Shown here one piece after another: positions 1 through 7,932 of a stretch of DNA of 9,055 bases. The stretch is taken from assembly GCA_051294375.1 (NCBI GenBank), contig JBJCIZ010001192.1, forward strand, positions 1 to 9,055, given 5' to 3'. The number at the start of each line of letters is the position of its first letter. Positions within the stretch are counted from its first letter, which is position 1. The notes under the pieces were generated by a model, which worked only from the letters and a program-made list of their open reading frames with translations, had not been told where the DNA came from and did not search any database. The position numbers and the translations under genes are program-made. The stretch is from Paraspadella gotoi. Lineage: Eukaryota; Animalia; Chaetognatha.

Positions 1-90
1 CCCAGGGCCACTCCAGGGGAATCCCCAGGGGCTATAAAACTGCCCCTGGGGCTACCCCAGGGGAATGGATTTTTCCTGCCCCTGGAACGG
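1..90. repeat. GC-rich block of CCCCWGGGG-type palindromic motifs (probably truncated by the window edge)
   Basis: Repeated ccccagggg/cccctgggg motifs. ctgcccctggggc (40-52) is identical to 2019-2031. Confidence 0.7.
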
Positions 91-150
91 CTCTCTCATC
101 CCTCCTTCTCTCTCTCTACTCCTCTCCCTCTCTCTCTCTTTCTCTATCTA
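91..150. repeat. CT-rich low-complexity tract
   Basis: Imperfect (CT)n polypyrimidine run. Confidence 0.8.
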
Positions 151-246
151 TTGTTCTATTTTCATCTTTCATTACAATAAATATAAATACAAATAATATT
201 TTTCACTTCATTAATCAATCAATGAACCATAGCTGCACCGTACCAA

Positions 247-727
247 TTGCATAATTTGGTCACTTGCCATAATTTAGTCACTTGACATAATTGTCAACTG
301 ACAAAAATTGGTCAACTGATATAATTTATCACTTTTAAAATTTGGTAAACTTTATCATTTGGTAAACTTTATAATTTGGTCATTTTTTTATAATTTAGTT
401 AACTTGCTTATTGGTTAACCTTCTAATGGCTAAACTTTTATAATTTGGTAAACTTTAATAATTTTGGTTAACTTTCATAATTTGGTAACTTTCATATTGG
501 TAAACTTTCATAATTTAATCAATTTGCATATTAATCACTCGCATATTTGGTCAACTTGCATAATTGGTCAATTTCATAGATTGTCAATTGGCATAAATGG
601 TCAACTGGTTATAATTGGTTAATTTGCTTAATTTAGTCACAGTCATAATTTTGTCAACTTGCATAATTTGGTCAACTAATAATTTGGACAACTTGATAAT
701 TTGGTCAAATTAATTAATTTGGTCAAC
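247..727. repeat. Degenerate minisatellite, ~28 head-to-tail units of 16-19 bp, consensus TTGCATAATTTGGTCAAC
   Basis: Parsed by eye. Example units are ttgcataatttggtcac (247-263), tgacaaaaattggtcaac (299-316) and ttgcataatttggtcaac (659-676). There are no unique spacers. Confidence 0.92.
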
Positions 728-856
728 AATCAACTAACAATTAGCTCATAAATAATTTATCTGATAGAAATAAAAAAAGAGAAGAATAGAGTGCAAAAAT
801 TTTTTTAATAATGTCAGTAAAAGAACTTTTGTTTTTCCATTAAAACTTACTTTTAT

Positions 857-1073
857 TTTTCTACCCACACACAAAATTTATCTTTAAAAATTTTATAGAA
901 TAAAGGTAGGATGGTTTAATTTTTTAATTTCACTTTAAAAAATAATTAATTAAAAAATATTTAATTGATTAATTAATTAATATCAGTCTTTAAGTCTATC
1001 CCTTATTAGCATTAAACTCAAATTATTCGTGATTAAATAGATGGATTGGATAAATTTTGTGTGTGGTAGAAAA
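857..1073. repeat. Inverted repeat, ~26 bp arms around an AT-rich spacer
   Basis: ttttctacccacacacaaaatttatc (857-882) is the reverse complement of gataaattttgtgtgtggtagaaaa (1049-1073) apart from one indel. Confidence 0.85.
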
Positions 1074-1656
1074 GTATATGATTGAGCAGATATAAAGTTT
1101 TGCTCACTCTCCTCTCAAATCGTCAGCTCACTTAACACGTAGTTCATCTTAAGCATATCTACAACTGACGATTATTAATTACAAATAAAATAAAATAAAA
1201 TACAATAAAATTTTTTTACATGTAGAATCATTTAGTGTTGATGATAGTTTTTATTGTTTTTTTGGGGGACTCCATAATTCACAAGTAGGTCTGTCAGTCA
1301 CTGCCATTATTTTTTGGTGATTTATTTATTTCTTTTCAACATCAATTATGAATATTTTTTTTAAAATTATGTCTCTCTTCAGTCTATCAGTATGTCCATC
1401 CAAACAAAAAAAAAAAAATTAAAAAGAAAGATAAAAAAGACAAAAAAAAGAAGACAAATGACTGATTAGCTTTTTACTACTAAATTTTGTGGCTATGTCC
1501 TACATTGTTGTTAAAACTTATTTCTATATCTTTTTACTGAAATAAATAATTGGGTTTAAAAATCACAATATTATAATTTTTAGATAAATATGGAATAATG
1601 AGGTTAACAATAATTTGAAAAATATTATATTTAATTCAGTTACATAAACAAGTCTT

Positions 1657-1790
1657 GAAAGAGAGAAAAAAAGTCTAGTAGAGAGAGAAAAAAGAGAGAG
1701 TGAGAAAAAAAGAGTGATGAGAAAAAGAAGAAGAGAAAAGAGGAGAGAAAAAGAAAAAGGGAGCGAGAAGAGAGGAACAGACAGGGAGAA
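1657..1790. repeat. GA-rich low-complexity polypurine tract
   Basis: Almost exclusively A/G on the plus strand. Confidence 0.8.
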
Positions 1791-1851
1791 TATTCTCAGA
1801 TATATAAACATATTCAGAAAGTATATTTTCTATCTAACTTTGCTCTCTCTT

Positions 1852-2058
1852 AACTGCCCCCTGGGGGAGCAGTTTTTGCTCCCCAAGGGGTTCCCTAGGG
1901 AGACTTTTTTTGCCCGCAGGGGGCTAAGCATTAGGGCGCCCCTAATAGACCAAAAATGTGGGCCCCAGGGGGAACCCCCTGGGCGGCCCCCTGAGGCAAT
2001 CCAGAGGCTGCCCCCTGTCTGCCCCTGGGGCCGCCCCTAGAGCCGCCCCGCGGGGCGG
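1852..2058. repeat. GC-rich palindrome-dense block, same family as 1-90
   Basis: Contains ggggagca-N5-tgctcccc (1864-1884), tccctaggga (1892-1901), near-palindrome attagggcgcccctaat (1930-1946), cccaggggg-aa-ccccctggg (1964-1983), gcccctggggc (2021-2031) and the perfect 16-bp ccgccccgcggggcgg (2043-2058). Confidence 0.8.
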
Positions 2059-2059
2059 A

Positions 2060-2198
2060 AGATTTGGGAGATGACATATCTCCTTTGTCGTCGCGTTTCC
2101 TTCGATCACACGCAAACGCGTTTTTCCCGCAAACGTCGTTTTTGACTTTTGTGCTTTTTCGACCGGAAACCCAATTCCGAGAGAGAGAGAGAGAGAGA

Positions 2199-2254
<56 letters not shown>

Positions 2255-2720
2255 TGAAGGGGCTGACGTCTAAGCGACGCCCAAGGACGGCCATAATCGC
2301 AGTGGAGTTTCGGTTAAGGAGATGGTAAGTGATTAACAATAATTAGGAAAAAATAATCTAATCAAAGCAAAAACTTCACTTTCTTCACCATTTTTTTGAA
2401 AAAACCACAGGACACTTCAGTCATAACCCCAACATTCAACACCCCCCAGAAATGAGGGAGCGACAATCCGTCAGAAAAAAATGGACGGAAACTTCGTCAG
2501 TCACTTCGTGATTGATTCGTGAGGAAAAAGGAGGCCATTCGTGACGTGAAACGACGACGTCTCGAACGACGCCGACAGCTGTGTCACCCTGTGACCGGTA
2601 ATACGTGAAAAGGTGAAGAGTACTCGGTGTCGCTTATCCTCTCCCCTTCTTCTTATAAAAGGAAAACCTCTGGATTTTTGCTGAGAGAAAGAAACAAAGC
2701 GACTCAGAAACCAAAAGAAA
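2060..2720 (+). promoter_or_regulatory. CpG-rich promoter-like region with GAGA tract, CRE-like half sites and TATA-like motif
   Basis: CpG is visibly denser than in the flanks. TGACG/CGTCA occurs at ~2265, 2469, 2495 and 2542, and TATAAAA at 2654-2660. This rests on composition only. Confidence 0.35.
2179..2254. repeat. (GA)n microsatellite
   Basis: ~75 bp near-perfect GA dinucleotide run. Confidence 0.97.
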
Positions 2721-2895
2721 AACAAAAATTATGGTTTCGCTTGAGGAAATAACAATGACAAAAAAGAAAGACTTCGAAAAAAAAAAAATCTGAAAAAAAA
2801 AAGGGGGAAAAAATAAATTATTTACTAGTGATTGACGATTGTTTTAACTCACAGGCGCAGGAGCACTTGCCAAATTACAACACCAGTGAGAAAGT

Positions 2896-2922
2896 GATAG
2901 AGATAAGATAGATAGATAGATA
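2896..2922 (-). repeat. (GATA)n / (TATC)n microsatellite, probable 3' tail of the LINE
   Basis: gatagagataagatagatagatagata lies ~200 bp downstream of the ORF2 end and directly after a stem-loop. No poly(A) tail is present on the element strand. Confidence 0.7.
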
Positions 2923-3609
2923 ATTGTACATGGACCTAGGTACCTTCTGCAAGAAGAGACCTATAAGGTAACAGTGGGTCCGTTCATTTAAATTTCATTA
3001 AAAGGTTTTACAGTTAAAAAGTCTACCAATCAATTATCTGCTAAAGGTCCATACTAATCATAAGTTAGTACTCAATTACAAAAAAAAAAGGAATTGTCGC
3101 TTATAACCTACGAGCTACGCAAAAATGATTCATATTAAATAACACAATGAGACATTAGTGACTGGAACATTGTCATCGTCTAGGATTGTGTCCAGGATTG
3201 ATGGATGATGATGTGGGTCTCTTTCCTTATTTTGGCGACGTAATCCCGAAAACTTTCTGTGTGTTGACAATGTGATATTCGCGTTTTGCTTCTTTTTTTA
3301 AGGTTTCTGAAAGCTTATTTCGGCCAAATGGCGTAGTACAGCCACGCTTTCTGTTGTGTGAGGATATTGAAGAAACTTTTTACAGCCTTCCATGAACATG
3401 GCATCTATCTTTTGCCAATGAACTCCACTCATGGCAAGGTATGCTGGAGCAGAGTATGCTAGGTAGACACTATAAGGCTATCAAATAGGCGCAGGACTTC
3501 TGAAAAGTCATCCCCTTGGCAAATCATTGCAAGCTTGTTAATCGCGAATATATTTTGTTGGCTCTTGGTTATAGTTTTATTGATATGGTTTGACCACAGT
3601 AGTCTGTCA

Positions 3610-4510
3610 TCAATGGTACACCCTAAGAACTTGAGTTCTTGGACTTGTGGAATTTTATGACCCATTAAGGTCAAGTTTACTGCATTTTTTCTTTCAGAGG
3701 GACAATCTATGATTATCATTGCAAAGGATTTTGTTGGGCAGAGCCCATGCGCCACATGCTGCACCAATCTACCCATAGCATTCAAACTTTGTGTTCGTTC
3801 TGCTGCAACTGATAATGGTCGACTGTTGTCCAGGTAGCAACATCATCAGCATATGTGAGGCATGCATTTCTTCAGCTTCCCTAAACGGTAAATCAGCAAC
3901 AAATATGGCAAATAGGTCAGGACTGAGTATTGCACCTTGAGGCGAGCCTCTACAGAGTTTGACAGTTCTTGATTTTTTGGCCCTTCTTTTATGAATAAAA
4001 ATCTGTCTGTCAAAAAGGAGGAGATTATTCGGATTAATTTTGATGGAAGATTTTTTTCAATCATTTTCCACAAGAGTCCTTCATGCCAAAACGGCATTAA
4101 ATGCTCCTTCATAGTCAAGAGTGACAAAATTGTAACCCTGTTGTCTCTTGAAGCCCGTGGTAGCAATCCTCCACAAGCCTGATTAAGTTTTCCTCAGTTC
4201 CTCTTCCTTTCTGGTAGCCAGACTGTTCAATGTATATAGCACTGTTCTTCTTGCTGAACCAGCTAAAAAGGCTGTATTATTCTCTCAAAGAGTTTTCCCT
4301 AGACATGACAAGAGAGATACAGGTCGATAGCTTTTGCCATTGAGGGATTTTTATCAGGCTTTAGGAGCATTTTTAATTTGCCACTTTCCATGCTTTAGGA
4401 AAGTAGCCAATCGTTAAACATTCCTGGTATATCTCACCAAGTTTTTTAACCCACTTTTCTGGGAGAATGTTTATCATTTCATTGGTTATGCCATCATCTC
4501 GGTGCTGAGC
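3610..4510 (-). other. Non-LTR reverse transcriptase domain of ORF2
   Basis: Runs from SAP(G)DDGI through YRPVSLL, AFNAVWH, PQGAILSP and YADD to FLG, with several 1-bp frameshifts. Confidence 0.92.
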
Positions 4511-5259
4511 GATTTTTTCATTTAGTGATGAAACATTTCAGAGTGTTGGGCTCGCATGTATTTAAAATAAGTTGAAAGTAATCATCCCGTTTTCTTCTGC
4601 TCCTGATGTTTTTGGGCGAGAAGATGTTGGTTTGCCTTCAGATCTTTTTCAATTTTTGAGATCCACTCTTTGTCCTCTTAAATTTGTTTTGCTTGTGAGA
4701 GATGCTCTCTTTCCCATTCTTTCAGCTTGGACTTCTAAATTTTCTTCTACTGATTGCGCTACGCTTCCATCTGGCCTCGTCAATCGGGCTGAATGGTGTT
4801 TCTGATTCAGATTTATAGTTTGTTAATTCCCTTATTAGCCTCCATTTCTTTGCACCATCTTTGTGTTACACAGCAAATTTAATTTCTTCTTTGATTCGTT
4901 CTCCTTGTCTTCATTATTTTTTTACGAACTTGCCTACATAAAAAGTTATATTGCTTATGCAAGTTTTCGTCAAAGATACCATTTCTTTTTAGATTTTTCA
5001 ATGTATCAGAATTTTTCTTCTTTTTTTAATTAACATCTGAGTGTCCCAAATAAGGGTGTACCCAATTTGTTCTTGCCTTTGCAATGCTTGTTGCTTGAGT
5101 AGTTGACCTTTGTATGGCTTGAGTGAGTTTTTCGACCATCTTGTCTATTTTCGTCTTCACAATGTTTTTCACTTGTTATGTCATTATATACCAAATCCTC
5201 CTGAAGATTGCTGACGAAAGCTTGCCAAGTTAATCTATTTTTTATGAGTGTGTATTTTC

Positions 5260-5929
5260 AGATCTAATAGCCCTGGCAGATGGTCACTTTCCGATATCTT
5301 CCAGGATTGTGTGGCTCTTAATGAGATTAATTTGACTAGATTTACCAACATAAAGTCCAGCAGATTAAAGTTTCCCTTGATTTATCATAGTAAGTATCAT
5401 TTAAACTGTGAACGGGGGTTAATTCATATTGATATGCATAAGGCTTGTAAGTGCTCACCTTCAGTTGAGTTTGTTCTACTTCCCCATTCAATAATTGGCG
5501 CATGAAATCACCACATAAAACACTTATTGTTTCACCATCATTCTGAGAAAAACGTTTTATGAAGCTTTCTGGCATCTTGCTTTTTGGATGAATAGTCCCT
5601 ATTTTTAACTTTTTGTTTTTATTCAATTGAACAGTGACTATTAAACCTTCTTGCCATTGATTTTTGCATAGTTTTTTAACCAGTAGTCCTTCTGGGAAAC
5701 CGATGGCAATGCCCCCTGCGATAGCGGACCCATTACGACTTTGCCCAGGATTGATTAAAAATTTCATCCCATCCATTTTTAATTGATTTCCTTTTTTTAG
5801 ACGAATATCATTAAAAATTGTGAAGAGTAACTTATTCTGTTGAGTTGTTTTAATTAGCTTATTTAACTCCGTTAGTCTCATTGGTGTGCCATTAGTATTC
5901 AATTCAAATAGTGCTACCTTACTGTCCAT
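5260..5929 (-). other. APE-type endonuclease domain of ORF2
   Basis: N..NG, GG(I)AI, GDF(N)A..WGS, T..., LD and SDHxP motifs occur in the canonical order. The first frameshift is at ~5502. Confidence 0.88.
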
Positions 5930-7619
5930 TTTGGTATTTAGATTTCGATTTCATTTGCTTTTCTGATTGTGATATGGATTCTTCTGATCGTGATTCCATC
6001 ATGGAACTGTGAAGGTTTTGGATTATATCCCGTTCAGTGATAGCGGATGTTATGGTTTTTGAGGTAGAATTTGCCTCTGGAGTCGAATATTGTGGTAAGC
6101 TTGATGAGCTTGAGGATAGCCCACGGGATGCTAGAGTTCGTTGCAGCTCACATTGACTTCCCCATGAACGTAGATTGCTAATTGGTGGACTTGGTAACAG
6201 TCTTCTAACAGGAGAAGCTTGAGATCGAGACGTACTCAAAGTAGAGTTTATCAGAATTGGTACAGGCGAGGCAGGCTTTAAAGGATCAAGATTTACACTT
6301 TTATTATTTAGTTTCTCGGATTTTAGCCGCTCAAAGAGTCTCAATGATCTCCCAATTGTTGCTGAAACGTGATCGCTTGAGATTGCCTTTAGAATGCCCA
6401 ATTCTTGTAAGAAGAAAGTGATTGTTTCCATCAGGGCACTTACTTGCATTGTAGTTATGTCCTGCTCAAAGCTTTCCTTGTTTGTCAGCCCTTTCACTGC
6501 ATCTGAATAGCTTTTGGATGTTTTTCCATCTGCTTCATTTTGTTTCTTTTCTTGCAATCTATAAGCAGATATATAAACGGGGCAATTTTTTGAAGTGGAT
6601 ACATGGTTATCGCCGCAATTTGCACATTTAATTTCAGAATTTGTTTTATTGCATTCTTTGTGGTTATGGGCCTCTCCACATCGCAGGCACGCAGTTTCTT
6701 TTTTGCAAGTTCCTGTCATGTGGCCAAAGCCTTGACAGCGGTAACACTGAATCACACCCCCGGGCTTATAGTCGACACATTTGTGGCGTTTGTAGTAAAA
6801 ACAGGCTCCTTCAGCTAAAAGTTTGTCTTTTTCTGTTTTTGAATACAAGGTGACCTTTACATTCACTGTTGGTAGTTTCGTTACTGCCGATTGAAGACGT
6901 GCTGTTGGGCCGGGCGAGTAGCCTTGTTCCCGCAGCTTCTCTACAATGTCGTCTGTCAAAATGTCTTTGTCAACTCCTCGTATAACGACCACTTGTGGTA
7001 TTGATTTTGTAGACGGAAGACGGGGAGTAAACTTGTAACTACTAGTGTCCCAATTTTCTTGTTTTAGAAACGAGTTTAAAGCTGCGTCGTCTTTTCCGAG
7101 AAGAAGCAAGTCCCCTCCTTTAAGTACCTTTATCTCATCTATAGTTGAGTTGCCCTTGTACGACTGCTGAATTACCTCTGCAAGCTTTTTCCGACTAGAA
7201 AGAACCTCAGATTCCAGAGTGTGAGCCAGTTGAACTGCTTGACGCCTTCTAGGGTTATCCGAGTTCGTCTCTCCATCTCCAGCATCTTTTTCTTTTCCTT
7301 GTTTTGGGTTTGGCCTCGGGCTTTTACTTCGTTGCGCTGGGATCTCCATAAGATCGTCGAGCTTCCGTTTCCGAAGTCCTTTTTCAGAAGAATTTTCCGG
7401 CGCGTCGTTTGGTTCACAGTCTTTTTGACTCTTACTATCGCTTTTCACATTTTGCAACAGTTTGTTTATTAGCAAGGTTCGAGATTCTTCATCAAGGTTA
7501 TTTATTAATTCTTCAATATCATCTCCAGCAGTTTTATTTTGCTGTTCATTATTCGGTTCAGCCTGAAAAGCCCTTGTTGATATGTTACGTTGCTGACTTG
7601 ATTTGTTTTTGACTGGCAT
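5919..7619 (-). CDS. LINE ORF1 gag-like nucleic-acid-binding protein (566 aa) with three zinc knuckles
   Basis: Uninterrupted ORF containing CYRCQGFGHMTGTC (CX2CX4HX4C), CLRCGEAHNHKEC (CX2CX3HX4C) and CANCGDNHVSTSKNC (CX2CX3HX6C) at ~6583-6746. These are preceded by the VVIRGV-containing pre-knuckle region typical of Jockey/I-group ORF1. It has a charged N-terminus and a Ser/Thr/Pro-rich C-terminal tail. Confidence 0.93.
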   Translation of the reverse strand: MPVKNKSSQQRNISTRAFQAEPNNEQQNKTAGDDIEELINNLDEESRTLLINKLLQNVKSDSKSQKDCEPNDAPENSSEKGLRKRKLDDLMEIPAQRSKSPRPNPKQGKEKDAGDGETNSDNPRRRQAVQLAHTLESEVLSSRKKLAEVIQQSYKGNSTIDEIKVLKGGDLLLLGKDDAALNSFLKQENWDTSSYKFTPRLPSTKSIPQVVVIRGVDKDILTDDIVEKLREQGYSPGPTARLQSAVTKLPTVNVKVTLYSKTEKDKLLAEGACFYYKRHKCVDYKPGGVIQCYRCQGFGHMTGTCKKETACLRCGEAHNHKECNKTNSEIKCANCGDNHVSTSKNCPVYISAYRLQEKKQNEADGKTSKSYSDAVKGLTNKESFEQDITTMQVSALMETITFFLQELGILKAISSDHVSATIGRSLRLFERLKSEKLNNKSVNLDPLKPASPVPILINSTLSTSRSQASPVRRLLPSPPISNLRSWGSQCELQRTLASRGLSSSSSSLPQYSTPEANSTSKTITSAITERDIIQNLHSSMMESRSEESISQSEKQMKSKSKYQNGQ

Positions 7620-7888
7620 CTGGACTGGTCGCTGGACTCACCGAATGAACGGTGAGTCACCCAGAATCGCAGATTTTTGTTTATGATTTACTAGTAATTT
7701 GATTCGGTTTTTTTTCTTTTTTGTTGGTTGTTGGTAATGTTTCATCATAAAGGAGAGAGATTCGAACAGCTTGATTTAAGTTTTTTATTATGTTCCTGAT
7801 TTACTCTAATTTTTAGAAGACAGTAAGAAATTTTGTATTTTTTTATTTAAATTTTTTTTTTTTTTTTTCAGAGTTGAGTATGTTTTCG

Positions 7889-7891
7889 GAG

Positions 7892-7927
<36 letters not shown>

Positions 7928-7932
7928 AAGAG
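7889..7932. repeat. (GA)n microsatellite
   Basis: ~44 bp near-perfect GA dinucleotide run. Confidence 0.95.

Larger units (their letters stand above)
3130..5929 (-). pseudogene. LINE ORF2 (APE endonuclease - reverse transcriptase), frameshifted as assembled
   Basis: Motifs recovered in order across frames: LNTNG, GGIAI, GDF(N)APIIEWGS, LLDFMLV, SDHLP (~5275-5288), SAP(G)DDGI, FPKAWKVA, YRPVSLLSCLGK, QSGYQKGRGT, LDYEGAFNAV-WHEGLLWKM, GSPQGAILSPDLF, YADD (3842-3853), KFLGCTID. The start ATG overlaps the end of ORF1. The stop at ~3130 is inferred. Track ORFs 5342-5929, 3846-4166 and 3459-3785 are fragments of it. Confidence 0.92.
2896..7700 (-). mobile_element. Non-LTR retrotransposon (LINE), Jockey/I-group-like, two-ORF type, apparently full length
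   Basis: The minus strand reads ORF1 (three CCHC knuckles), overlapping ORF2 (APE then RT), a ~200 bp 3' UTR with a stem-loop, and a (TATC)n tail at 2896-2922. No LTRs, integrase or RNase H were seen. The 5' boundary is approximate and could extend to ~8156. Confidence 0.93.

Noticed and set aside
247-727. CRISPR array
   Set aside because: The units are contiguous and degenerate with no unique spacers, there are no cas genes, and the context is eukaryotic.
2021-2058. Helitron 3' end (hairpin + CTAG at 2037-2040)
   Set aside because: CTAG is not followed by T on either strand, and the GC block continues on both sides of it.
1563-2339. Track ORFs 1563-1811, 1714-2040, 2064-2273 and 2106-2339 as genes
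   Set aside because: They are translations of GA/CT tracts and GC palindromes (RE- or SL-rich) with no recognisable domain.
2501-2800. ORF 2501-2725 (-) and a plus-strand ATG at 2730 after the TATA-like motif
   Set aside because: Both are short and run through A/T homopolymers with no recognisable protein signal.
3130-3600. RNase H or CCHC domain at the ORF2 C-terminus
   Set aside because: Only ~150 codons follow the RT domain and no such motifs were found in the frames read. Frameshifts limit certainty.
3991-7612. Short plus-strand and alternate-frame ORFs inside the LINE
   Set aside because: They are shadows of the ORF1/ORF2 coding sequence with no independent motifs.
2820-7699. atttactagt(g/a)att at 2820-2833 and 7686-7699 as the LINE target-site duplication
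   Set aside because: The left copy lies ~60 bp away from the tail and the motif is AT-rich. It would require a 3' transduction without a second tail, so it is not accepted without empty-site data.
2896-7700. LTR retrotransposon or retroviral gag-pol
   Set aside because: The APE domain and non-LTR RT motifs (YRPVSLL, PQG..LSP, YADD) are present, and no protease, integrase or LTRs were seen.
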